Origin: a virus
Lineage: Duplodnaviria > Heunggongvirae > Uroviricota > Caudoviricetes
Direction: 5' to 3' (one strand)
Virus record (IMG/VR): IMGVR_UViG_2571042636_000001
Span: 1-25,417 of that record
DNA length: 25,417 bases
Shown here: piece by piece, positions 1 through 8,350 of the stretch
Numbering within the stretch: the first letter of the stretch is position 1
Layout of the letters: each line of letters begins with the position of its first letter
Translations under genes and position numbers: made by a program
The notes under the pieces: model-generated
What the model saw: the letters and a program-made list of their open reading frames with translations, nothing else
What the model was told of the DNA's origin: nothing
The model's database searches: none

Positions 1-84
1 CTCACACAGCGAACCGTGCAGCATCCAGATGATGAGGATTGCCGTTACGCAGAACGTAATGGCCGTAAGCGATTTTTGCGACAT
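1..84 (-). CDS. hok: Hok/Gef-family small membrane toxin, N-terminal part; the gene runs off the left edge of the window
   Basis: Reverse-complement of 1-84 translates from ATG (complement of 82-84) as MSQKSLTAITFCVTAILIIWMLHGSLCE: a short polar N-terminus, one hydrophobic helix, then the S-L-C-E motif typical of Hok/Gef toxins. An AAGGAG Shine-Dalgarno (complement of 93-98) lies 8 nt upstream. Family assignment is from memory of Hok/Gef sequences, not a search. Confidence 0.7.
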   Translation of the reverse strand, partial: MSQKSLTAITFCVTAILIIWMLHGSLCE

Positions 85-92
85 AGCGCTTG

Positions 93-152
93 CTCCTTTT
101 TCAGGGAGGCGCTAACCTATCACTTGTCTAGGGTAGATGGTTAGGGCCTCGG
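93..152 (-). promoter_or_regulatory. Structured hok mRNA leader: Shine-Dalgarno plus an imperfect 12-bp inverted repeat just upstream
   Basis: On the plus strand, 106-117 (gaggcgctaacc) and 139-150 (ggttagggcctc) are inverted repeats with one mismatch and a 21-nt spacer, directly 5' of the hok ribosome-binding site in mRNA sense. hok-family mRNAs are known for extensive leader structure and antisense control; the antisense RNA itself was not resolved. Confidence 0.35.
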
Positions 153-344
153 TTAAACAAAAATGTTTTCCGGGGCCTTTCCACATTCGGCCTTCAGGTA
201 TTCCCTCCAGCCATCAGCCGAAAGGCACCCGCGCGAATTCTAGCCTGGTTTTTTCCCTTGTTTCAATCCGTTGAGGCCTGTCAGCCTTTTGATATAAAAT
301 TCCCGACCGTAGACATTATTCAGTCACGCATTTGATACATGCTT

Positions 345-371
345 CCGCCGGCGTTCGCGCCGGTTTTTTTT
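345..371 (+). terminator. Rho-independent terminator (GC stem, TTCG loop, run of 8 T)
   Basis: CCGGCG-TTCG-CGCCGG followed by TTTTTTTT read directly on the plus strand. The upstream transcript it serves is not identified. Confidence 0.55.
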
Positions 372-850
372 CGCCCTGTTGCTGTGTAGATCGTCATGCG
401 TGATCGAGGCGCGGTATTGATCCTTTTTTCAGTTTAATTTTGACTCTTAATTTTACACAGGCCGCGCCGCGTCTGGCTTCGTTGTTTGACGATTTTTTGA
501 TGCGATCCTTTCGTGATCGTTTCTCGTCTCGCGTAAAGTATGAAAACTCTTTTAATATCATGCGGTTTTATTGCTCCTGCCATTTGTGCGATCGTAAAAA
601 CCACTCTGAAAACTGCAAAAAATTTCAAAGCGTGAAATTTCAGATCTTCGCTTTTCCCTTAGTTACTGCGCGGGCTGGCTGTCATTTTTGCACGGCAGAA
701 AACTGAAAAACTGTTTCGACACAAAACCCGCGGGTTGGAGGGGGTAGCGCGGTTTACGTCACCTCACGCTTTACGTCACGCCGTTTGCGCGGTGTGCGCA
801 TACAGCGCCAGAATGGCACGCAGAACGATTAATCAGGTGGCAGATATGAA

Positions 851-878
851 AACGCACGGCCGGGACCGTGCGTTGCGT
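851..878 (-). terminator. Candidate intrinsic terminator ending the late tail operon
   Basis: 9-bp inverted repeat 851-859 / 866-874 (aacgcacgg / ccgtgcgtt) with a 6-nt loop; on the minus-strand RNA it is followed by a short U-rich tract, about 40 nt downstream of the stop of the 913-2610 gene. Confidence 0.45.
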
Positions 879-912
879 GATGGGGCGTTTATGTGGCTTT
901 TATGTCTGGTGT

Positions 913-2610
913 TCAGGCGATAATGTCGCCGTATTTTTCGCGCAGGCTCGTCGCCTGCAGGGCATCTGCGGCAAGTTCGCTGCTGTTCATTGGTGCGCCA
1001 GTGTTGCTATGGGTGTGGTTTGCTGTATGTGTGGCCAGTAATTGAATCAGATCCAGAATATCGATCAGCAACGTCAGCAGGTTAAGCCCTGACTTTTCCC
1101 GCGAGCCGCCGCGACCAATAAATACTGTCGGAGCGGTAAACTCCAGACCGCCGTCCGCTCTGCATGTTCTGCGGCCTCCCACGTTTTCGGTGAGGTCATG
1201 CTCAATGGTGGATATCGCCCCTTTGAGTTGAGTCAGCAAATCCTGCGCTACCATCTGGATATGCTCACCGGCTGCGATCGCATAATTGCCGGTAGTAAGG
1301 TGTTCTGTCTGGCCTGTCATCAGTTTGCTGGTACCAAGAACACTGGTTATGTCGTTTGCTTGGACTGTTGTTGTTCTGGTTGTTGTTGTGCGTTCTTCCT
1401 GATCGCTGTTAATGGTTCGCCTGGCTGAATGCTCCCTGATTTGCTGGTCGGTTTCTCTGTGCCAGCTTCCGTCAGTCGTGACGCGCTGAAACACTTCTGC
1501 GCGCTGTTGCTGCAGCTGTTCGCCGGGCTTTACATCAGGCAGGTTATGGCCTGCGGGTAAGATTTGCCTGATGACAGGTTTATCCGGTCGTCCTTCAATG
1601 TTGGATATTTCCACGATGGTGCCAGCCGGCGGGTAGGCAAAACATCCCGCCTCGCTACCAGCCATCGGGACGGGGAGTGGTACTGCCGGATAAACAGGCG
1701 TATCGCTTTTATCGTTGCCGTTCTCATCAAGCAGTTGCACATCGACGGCGTAGCGTGGGCGGAAACTGTCGGCAACATCGCCCAGGGTGACGGATTCCGT
1801 TGGGGCAATGACGCGCGCCAGCCTGGTATGTAGAGTACCGCTGGCCAGTTCCGGGAACTGTGTTTCCATCTGTCTGCGTAATGGTGATTTGGAAACAGGG
1901 CTACCCGTGGTGGTAAGGCGTTCCCATGTCAGGGTCATTTTCTCGTTGTTGAGGGCTACACGGGTAATGCGCCCGGCTGGAAGGTTCACGCCCGGTCGCA
2001 CAGTTTCCATAAACATGATGTCGATGCTGTTTCCGCCGCTTTGCCCGAGTGTGTACTGTTGCGGAATATCCGGCATGGTAATACTGGCAAACCGTGAATC
2101 CGATGCGCTTCCCACAAATACGGAACCGTCCGGCATTGGATGCCAGACGTAATCGCTGATACTGAATGCTCGCCCCAGCTGGCTAAGCAGTTGTGTTCCG
2201 CTGCCGCTGTGGGTGATGTAAGGTGTCGGAGTACCGACGTAATCCGCGTCTGGCGTGATGAAAACGATGCCGCTTTGTTTACCCAGATTATCGAGTACAT
2301 CCCGTAACGTTGGATGTTGCATGGAGCAGGGGAAATCAAAATCCAGCACGGCAGCTGCTTCACGGATAAAAAGGCGGCGTGAGCCATTTTCGGCGGGTTG
2401 ATCGCGTTCAATGTAGCCGGAGAAATAGCGCCATGCCTCACCATTACGGCCGAGATCAATTTGTATCATTGCGCCGGCAAGACTTTTTTTGGGTGGCAGA
2501 TTATTAACAGAAATGAAACCACGACCGGCAGCATTCAGGGTAAGAACAAGGCTGATATCGGCAATTTCCGCCAGCTCGCCATTAATCATACAGCGTTGGA
2601 TTAATTTCAT
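913..2610 (-). CDS. Putative baseplate central spike/hub protein (gpV / Mu gp45-like OB-fold region, histidine-rich C-terminal tip), 565 aa
   Basis: ATG at complement of 2608-2610 with a strong GAAGGAGGAAGG ribosome-binding site, overlapping the upstream stop (ATGA). The mid-region RYAVDVQLLDENG...PVYPAVPLPVPMAGSEAGCFAYPPAGTIVEISNIEGRPDKPVIRQILP fits the spike OB-fold pattern (G-x-V-x-V-x-F-x-x-G-D with flanking prolines). The C-terminus LLATHTANHTHSNTG carries an H-x-H type motif like metal-binding spike tips. Assignment is by motif recognition only. Confidence 0.45.
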   Translation of the reverse strand: MKLIQRCMINGELAEIADISLVLTLNAAGRGFISVNNLPPKKSLAGAMIQIDLGRNGEAWRYFSGYIERDQPAENGSRRLFIREAAAVLDFDFPCSMQHPTLRDVLDNLGKQSGIVFITPDADYVGTPTPYITHSGSGTQLLSQLGRAFSISDYVWHPMPDGSVFVGSASDSRFASITMPDIPQQYTLGQSGGNSIDIMFMETVRPGVNLPAGRITRVALNNEKMTLTWERLTTTGSPVSKSPLRRQMETQFPELASGTLHTRLARVIAPTESVTLGDVADSFRPRYAVDVQLLDENGNDKSDTPVYPAVPLPVPMAGSEAGCFAYPPAGTIVEISNIEGRPDKPVIRQILPAGHNLPDVKPGEQLQQQRAEVFQRVTTDGSWHRETDQQIREHSARRTINSDQEERTTTTRTTTVQANDITSVLGTSKLMTGQTEHLTTGNYAIAAGEHIQMVAQDLLTQLKGAISTIEHDLTENVGGRRTCRADGGLEFTAPTVFIGRGGSREKSGLNLLTLLIDILDLIQLLATHTANHTHSNTGAPMNSSELAADALQATSLREKYGDIIA

Positions 2611-3182
2611 GTTTTCCCTTCCTCCTTCACGCTCCCGATGCCAATCCAGTCCAGACCGGAGCCAATACCATCATTGATATTTTTCCAGAAAGTCTCCTGG
2701 GTATTCATTCCTTTATCCGGTACCTGCTCACTGCCGTTCTGTGTCTGCTGCTTTGCGATTGTTTTCTGTGAGCCACTGCGTGCCGATGCTTTTTCCGGCA
2801 CGCTTAATTTTTCCCTGAGGGTAAAGGTGACCTGCCAGTGCATCTTGCCCTGTTGTTCCGTGGCATCGATGCCGCCCGAAAAAACACCCTGTCGCATATT
2901 AATCGCCTTAGCAGTAGCGTTGGCGATGCGGTATGTTTTTTTGGCTCCGTTGCTTTCTGTTGCCTCCGCAAGCTGAAAAATACGGGTCAAAATAGCTTCA
3001 TCGTTAAAATCAATAATCCCCGACACGCGCAGCTCTTTGGCCTTGTTTCCCTGCTGGGCGCTCGTGGTGCTGGTTGATTGTCCGGACATATCTTTGTCCG
3101 GTAGTTGCATGGTGGCGCTGACGGTGATGTTGCGCAGCAGAATGGCTTCCCCGTCAAGCGCAAGGACAATCATCTGGGTCAT
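2607..3182 (-). CDS. Hypothetical protein, 191 aa, translationally coupled to the spike-like gene
   Basis: ATG at complement of 3180-3182 with an AAGGGA ribosome-binding site; its stop overlaps the downstream start. It sits in the late operon between the second tail fibre and the spike-like gene. No family recognised. Confidence 0.5.
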   Translation of the reverse strand: MTQMIVLALDGEAILLRNITVSATMQLPDKDMSGQSTSTTSAQQGNKAKELRVSGIIDFNDEAILTRIFQLAEATESNGAKKTYRIANATAKAINMRQGVFSGGIDATEQQGKMHWQVTFTLREKLSVPEKASARSGSQKTIAKQQTQNGSEQVPDKGMNTQETFWKNINDGIGSGLDWIGIGSVKEEGKT

Positions 3183-3876
3183 GTAGTGTTTCCCTTAGTG
3201 ATGAGAGATTATCGCCGACGAACAGCATCACAGCTGTAAAAACCCATTCGGGGTGTGGGATGTTTTTTTGTATCAGCACTGCGGCCTGGCTAAGGGCTCC
3301 CTTGTGGCAAAAGCGCCACACCGGGCAAAATTTTTGCCGGAGTGCGGCCTGCTGATCAGCGATTTCCTGTAAGGCTTTATCTCTCGCATTCATGAACTGA
3401 CGCAGTGATGATGACAATGTTTCCGGTGATGTGACGGCAGGAGTGGCTGCCTGTGCAATGGTTGCCGCCAGCGACATGCTGCGAGTGGTCTGTGTCGATA
3501 GCATTATCGGTTCCGGAAGTGATGTTACCGGTCTGGCGGGGATTTGCATTCTGCTGATGGCCAGTGAAAACTGGCTGGAGATCATGCGGGACATTCGTCC
3601 CACCTCTGGTAACGGAAATGCGCCTGAAAATTGCCTGGCGAGTGATAAAAACTCGCCAGCAGACGGGGCGCAAAATAACAGCGCCACAACGTCTTTTTCT
3701 GTGTTTTCTGTCAGATAAGGTAAAAGCGCGGATACAGCATTATCCGGGCTGAGGTAACGCCCTGATGGTGTAATGTTTCCCGTATTTTCTGACCATGGGT
3801 GGAGGCAAACCATTGAACAGGTAATAGCTATGGGGGCTGGTCGCAAAACAGAGCGTATCCATGTTGAATTGTTCAT
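3154..3876 (-). CDS. Hypothetical protein, 240 aa, immediately downstream of the second tail fibre
   Basis: ATG at complement of 3874-3876, preceded by AGGAAG 6 nt upstream and 24 nt after the fibre-2 stop. The protein is Ser/Thr/Ala/Pro-rich and lacks the usual tail-fibre-assembly C-terminal domain. No family recognised. Confidence 0.45.
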   Translation of the reverse strand: MNNSTWIRSVLRPAPIAITCSMVCLHPWSENTGNITPSGRYLSPDNAVSALLPYLTENTEKDVVALLFCAPSAGEFLSLARQFSGAFPLPEVGRMSRMISSQFSLAISRMQIPARPVTSLPEPIMLSTQTTRSMSLAATIAQAATPAVTSPETLSSSLRQFMNARDKALQEIADQQAALRQKFCPVWRFCHKGALSQAAVLIQKNIPHPEWVFTAVMLFVGDNLSSLRETLHDPDDCPCA

Positions 3877-3900
3877 TTGTTCTTCCTGTGTGTCCGGATA

Positions 3901-5457
3901 TTACCCCATTCCGTTCTGGCGTAATGTTGTTCCCGCAAATATTTTTGCCACCACAATACAGGGAAGAGGTCCATTTTTTGCGCTGGCTGTCTCCTCCAGT
4001 GTCGATGTATCCAGTGCATAGTAAGGTGTGTCTGGCATCACCACCCGTATTCTTACTGTTATTGTGCTCGCGGTAGCCGAGACAGAACCGACAAAATACT
4101 GAGCAGGAATGTATTGTCGGTTCTGATTCATGTAGAGATAACGTGGTTCGAGCAGAGCAGAAACAGCGATACCCACTCCTCCAACAGAGGATTTCCTGAC
4201 AGGATTAGATACATCCAGTTCCATAGCATAAATACGTGAACCATCCGGCAGACTTTTAAATGAATCCAGGTTGCTGTTCAGGGTACTTACAGCCACCTTT
4301 GGAATGACCGGATGAGCGCCATCAACAAATAAGTCTCCGGATTGTTGTCTGGACAGTAAATTGGTCGGCGCAGAAGAAATTTCGGGACCCTCTGGTGAAG
4401 TGGTGTCAAGAGATTCCATCTGTTTGCGAACAAAGGCCACACTGGCAATTTCATTACCTGCTGCATCATCCGGCGGTGTTGGTGTAGTCGGCTTTCCTGT
4501 GAATTCCGGGCTTTCCAGAGGAGCCCTTGTTTCAATAAGTTTCCTGAGTGCAACCTCGTTTACTTTCAGGTTTTCCCAGCCAGTCAGCCAGCCATTACCA
4601 GTGGACCAGTAACGGTTGTAATAAATATTGCCATTAATGCCGTAGAAAATAATGGCCTTTGCTGTATGTAACGGAAGTGGTGGGTTATGGTTTGCTTCCA
4701 GCCAGCGGATACTTATCACCCCCTGAAAAACAATGCCGGGAAGTACACCGTTTGCCCCATCCACATAATATTCTCCTGGCTCCACATATCTTGCCCATGC
4801 CAGAAAATCAGCTTCAGATTTAAACCTGACGGCCTCCCCCGGAATAAACCTGTGACCAAAACCAAATGCACCAGGTGTCGCCAGACGACCTTCAGAACGG
4901 TCACGGATACCATTTTGAGGTTCCATTGTGGCCGCTTTTTTTAGCCCGAGATTATCGCGTGATTCCTGTTGTGCCTCTTTGCCCTCATCAGCAATTTCTG
5001 ACAGGCGATTAGGTGCTTTCAGTGCTGTTTTCAGTTCCGGAGTGATATCCACCTGCCAGCTCTGCGGAGGGGCCGTGACTTGTGCAGACTGAGCAATGCC
5101 GCTGTATATAATCGTGAAATTACGAATAAGTGACTCGCCTGTTACTTTTTGTCGAACAGGCGTTTTTATTACGCCGCATAGTGTTCCGCTGGCCTGATGG
5201 ATGAGACAAATCCAGTCATAACTGAATGCACAGTCATCAGGAACAACCGCGCTACACACAATATTGTTCGGGCTTAACAGGCCGTAGGTCAGTTCATTCA
5301 CAGCATATGTAATTTTTTCTTCCGGAACGGTATTATCTTCGTGCGTTGGTTCCCGCTCCATCAGGGCAAAAATAATAGTGTCAGGGCGTGCAGGTAAATT
5401 ACTGGCTGTGCATTCAGCAACCCACTTTTCAAATGCTTTCGTCAACAATGCGCTCAT
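3901..5457 (-). CDS. Second tail fibre protein (shares the N-terminal domain of the first fibre, different distal part), 518 aa
   Basis: The first ~150 aa align by eye with fibre 1 (LPARPDTIIFAL vs GKPARPDTFVFAY; TYGLLSPNN vs QYGLLSPNA; FSYDWICLIHQASGTLCGVIKTPVRQK vs FEYNWIGLLNEESGVLCMIAHTPRQQK; WQVDIT vs WQIDFT). It has an internal collar-like motif (TGKPTTPTPPDDAAGNEIASVAFV), and the C-terminal half is unrelated to fibre 1. Confidence 0.7.
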   Translation of the reverse strand: MSALLTKAFEKWVAECTASNLPARPDTIIFALMEREPTHEDNTVPEEKITYAVNELTYGLLSPNNIVCSAVVPDDCAFSYDWICLIHQASGTLCGVIKTPVRQKVTGESLIRNFTIIYSGIAQSAQVTAPPQSWQVDITPELKTALKAPNRLSEIADEGKEAQQESRDNLGLKKAATMEPQNGIRDRSEGRLATPGAFGFGHRFIPGEAVRFKSEADFLAWARYVEPGEYYVDGANGVLPGIVFQGVISIRWLEANHNPPLPLHTAKAIIFYGINGNIYYNRYWSTGNGWLTGWENLKVNEVALRKLIETRAPLESPEFTGKPTTPTPPDDAAGNEIASVAFVRKQMESLDTTSPEGPEISSAPTNLLSRQQSGDLFVDGAHPVIPKVAVSTLNSNLDSFKSLPDGSRIYAMELDVSNPVRKSSVGGVGIAVSALLEPRYLYMNQNRQYIPAQYFVGSVSATASTITVRIRVVMPDTPYYALDTSTLEETASAKNGPLPCIVVAKIFAGTTLRQNGMG

Positions 5458-5463
5458 TACTTC

Positions 5464-6015
5464 TTAATTCTCGCTAATGTTCTGCGGTAATTCTGGCCAT
5501 ACAATCGCGGCATACGATGCTTTATCTGTAACTTGGCTGAATGTCATCTCCCGTAACGTTTTTGTATAAATACGGCAGGCTTTCAGTTTTTCCCTGTCTT
5601 CGTCGCTGATTAATCCCAGCAGCAGGTCTTTTTCCCATTCGCTGGTCATGATGCTGGCCTGTTTTAACAGTGCATCACGCTCATCTTCCGCTTTAAGTTT
5701 GTAGTCGAAGATAAAATTGCCATCGCGGTAAAACCAGTAACCAGGCACGGTAATACGGCGATTAGCGGTAATATCCGGAACTTCAATAACACTGGCGTTA
5801 CGGGGTTCAATGCCTGTCACATCCTTACCGACCCACACCACGCGCCCGTCCCCGGTGTAAACCATTTTTATTGTGTCGCTGGCAAAGTTCTTCTGTTCTT
5901 CATACCAGTTTTTGTCGTCTTCCGAAAAAAGCCAGGTGACACCATATTGTTTTGTCATATGATATTGTTCTGCGGTTTTCGGATTGCCCGCAGTAATATT
6001 TTTTAAATGCAACAT
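5464..6015 (-). CDS. Tail fibre assembly chaperone (P2 gpG-like), 183 aa
   Basis: ATG at complement of 6013-6015, starting 2 nt after the fibre-1 stop. Size and position are canonical for a fibre assembly chaperone directly 3' of a gpH-type fibre gene. Confidence 0.65.
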   Translation of the reverse strand: MLHLKNITAGNPKTAEQYHMTKQYGVTWLFSEDDKNWYEEQKNFASDTIKMVYTGDGRVVWVGKDVTGIEPRNASVIEVPDITANRRITVPGYWFYRDGNFIFDYKLKAEDERDALLKQASIMTSEWEKDLLLGLISDEDREKLKACRIYTKTLREMTFSQVTDKASYAAIVWPELPQNISEN

Positions 6016-6017
6016 TG

Positions 6018-7718
6018 TTAAACACTCGCCACGTTATACCAGGTGCCGTTAATCAGTTTCTGAAGCGGTCGGTAATACACGCCGCCGATGTTATCTGCCG
6101 AATTACTTCCGGTTTCCTGCACATTAATACCAGATAATCCATGGCCTGAAGGTGAGCGAAATGTCCAGGATATCTGGTTACCTCCCGGGTTGTAATACAT
6201 TTCGGAACCATAACGCACATCCTGCACGCCGCCTGTTTTGGTCTGGTAACGGGCATCAAAGTTTCCGTAGTCTGACGGTGTTACTCGCCCGGTAACGTTT
6301 ACAGGTTTATTACTCTGAATGCTGCCACTCTGAAAACGCAACACATGCACGCTATTGGCATAAACATCCAGCAGGCCATCACCATTCTGTTTCAGGCCGG
6401 TATCGTTATCCCCGAAAGCAATTGAGTTTCCGCCCAGCGCATTCTGAACGCCGATACCCAACGCACCGTTAACTTTCGAACCACCGCCAACAGATACTGC
6501 GTGTGACATGGAAACTTCACCCGTCCGCAAATTAATAGTGAACGGACGCAGGGGGCCAATATCGCCATTTTCCCCCTGGTTTTCCTGTGTTGGAATAAGG
6601 TGCAGGCACTCTTCCGAACGACGAAAAATCAGACCAAAGGCTTCGTTGAAAATCCTCAGCGCATTAACACCACGGATTTTCAGTTCCCCGCTCATGGTGT
6701 CGCCGTCACGCTCAACGGCGCCTTTTGCCTTATCCATTGCGGCTTTTACTGCCTTTGATGTGGCGGCGCGGTCTTCTGCGTCGCTGTCGGTGGAGTTGCT
6801 GTACTGCGCAAAGCCTTTCTCCTTCAGTGTTGCGTCCGGATGATGGCGGGATTTTTCGTGCTCTGCCAGTGCATTGCTTTGTTCTTCGTCGGGAGTCTCC
6901 GGGCGCAGGTCCTGTGGGCCGTCTCCTGTCATTTTTGCAAGTGGCGCGACAAAGTGTCGGAAGCCGTTACCGTCTGTATAAGACGCATGTTCCTGGCGGG
7001 CGCAGAACGTAAAAACGGTATTCCATTCGCCGGTAACAAATCCCTGCCAGCTTGCATCAATCCAGAGGGTATCCCCGACCGCAGCCGGCAGGCTGTAAGG
7101 TTCGCGCAGACTGACGCGCAGACCTCCCACATAACCCACGCCGGCGGCAACAGTAGCGGTACCGTCCTGATAGCTGACCTGAAAACCATCCCCCAGAAAA
7201 GCGGCTTCACCGTAGTGATCAAACGCCAGCAGCCGGCGGGCCTCATCCATTCCTGCAAGGCGTGCAGTGAAATCAATCTGCCAGACATCAGCGCTGACAT
7301 CGATATGCATTGCTACGGCTGCGCCGTCAAACTCCATGGAAAATGTGCGGATCAGGTTGTTTCCCTGCACGCCGTTCGCTGTTTTAATTTTTTGCTGACG
7401 AGGTGTGTGTGCAATCATGCAGAGCACGCCGCTTTCTTCGTTCAGCAGACCGATCCAGTTGTATTCGAAGTCGCCGACTGTCGTGTCCAGAATGATGGAA
7501 AACGCGGTCGCGTTCGGCGACAGGAGGCCGTACTGGGTGACCGGCGCACGATACTGAATCATGGATTCATCAGGGAGTATCTCATCGCGGGGGATCTCTG
7601 CGGATTCATCCTGTCCCGGAATATATGCAAAAACAAATGTATCCGGGCGCGCAGGTTTTCCACTGATGATTTGATTTGCGCACCAGTGTTCGTACTGTTC
7701 AGTAATAATCGTGCTCAT
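6018..7718 (-). CDS. Tail fibre protein (P2 gpH-like), 566 aa
   Basis: ATG at complement of 7716-7718, overlapping the upstream stop. It has motifs typical of enterobacterial P2-type fibres (HEKSRHHPDATLKEKGF, TSKAVKAAMD, NALGGNSIAFGDNDTGLKQNGDGLLDVYANS) and the C-terminal LINGTWYNVASV. Confidence 0.8.
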   Translation of the reverse strand: MSTIITEQYEHWCANQIISGKPARPDTFVFAYIPGQDESAEIPRDEILPDESMIQYRAPVTQYGLLSPNATAFSIILDTTVGDFEYNWIGLLNEESGVLCMIAHTPRQQKIKTANGVQGNNLIRTFSMEFDGAAVAMHIDVSADVWQIDFTARLAGMDEARRLLAFDHYGEAAFLGDGFQVSYQDGTATVAAGVGYVGGLRVSLREPYSLPAAVGDTLWIDASWQGFVTGEWNTVFTFCARQEHASYTDGNGFRHFVAPLAKMTGDGPQDLRPETPDEEQSNALAEHEKSRHHPDATLKEKGFAQYSNSTDSDAEDRAATSKAVKAAMDKAKGAVERDGDTMSGELKIRGVNALRIFNEAFGLIFRRSEECLHLIPTQENQGENGDIGPLRPFTINLRTGEVSMSHAVSVGGGSKVNGALGIGVQNALGGNSIAFGDNDTGLKQNGDGLLDVYANSVHVLRFQSGSIQSNKPVNVTGRVTPSDYGNFDARYQTKTGGVQDVRYGSEMYYNPGGNQISWTFRSPSGHGLSGINVQETGSNSADNIGGVYYRPLQKLINGTWYNVASV

Positions 7719-8350
7719 GCTTCATCTGCCTGTAATGTGTAATGTTCCACGGACAGGCCGTAATGTCCTGCCTGTAGCGAAGCGGTTAACCAGATGGTGT
7801 CCTTTCTCACCGTTGCTTCTGCTGTGTGATACCTGTAATGGCCATCGAATGTGCCGGCTGTCAGCCGGGCAGTGGTTGTATTGATTACCTGAAAGAAATA
7901 GCGCCTGCAGGTACGACCATACTGGCGCACGAGCTGCATCATCAGTGCGTTGTTTTCACTTAACTGTGTGTCATTAATACGCAGTAAAATAACGTCCCAG
8001 TCATGCTGCAGTTGCCGTTCCAGTGTTTTAACGTCTCCCACGCTAAGACGCTTAAAGATGCGTTCGAAGCCGGCGCGTTCGCCAGAGTCCTGAGCGTTAA
8101 TAAACGCGTGTTTCACTCTTAAGCGAAATAACGAAACCGGCTCACCTTTAAATCGGGTGATATTGCGCTGATAAGCCAGCAGGTTAAGTAAAGGCTCTGC
8201 GCAGGTGTCGACATCAATCTGCTGTAGTGGCCACGTCAGCCAGCTGTATACCTTTTCCCAGTAGCGATGCGATGAATGTGCCAGCGTTAACGGCTCGCCT
8301 TTATTCATCCAGGTGGGGAGCGGGAATTCAGGGATCTCCGGAAGTTTCAC
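7715..8350 (-). CDS. Baseplate/tail protein (P2 gpI-like), 211 aa
   Basis: GTG start at complement of 8348-8350 with a GGAGGTG ribosome-binding site, overlapping the baseplate-J stop (GTGA). Position between a baseplate-J gene and the tail fibre, and size, match gpI-type proteins. Confidence 0.5.
   Translation of the reverse strand: MKLPEIPEFPLPTWMNKGEPLTLAHSSHRYWEKVYSWLTWPLQQIDVDTCAEPLLNLLAYQRNITRFKGEPVSLFRLRVKHAFINAQDSGERAGFERIFKRLSVGDVKTLERQLQHDWDVILLRINDTQLSENNALMMQLVRQYGRTCRRYFFQVINTTTARLTAGTFDGHYRYHTAEATVRKDTIWLTASLQAGHYGLSVEHYTLQADEA

Noticed and set aside
434-923. Short ORFs in the AT-rich left intergenic block (434-628 minus, 440-706 plus, 735-923 plus)
   Set aside because: No ribosome-binding sites, Cys/Phe-rich low-complexity translations, and overlap with repeats and a terminator. 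More likely non-coding regulatory DNA.
3901-7718. Invertible-segment or diversity-generating retroelement explanation for the duplicated fibre N-termini
   Set aside because: No recombinase (Gin/Cin-like) or reverse transcriptase ORF and no flanking inverted crossover repeats were seen; both fibre genes are on the same strand.
6840-7742. 300-aa plus-strand ORF
   Set aside because: Antisense to the gpH-like tail fibre gene; a shadow ORF of a well-supported gene.
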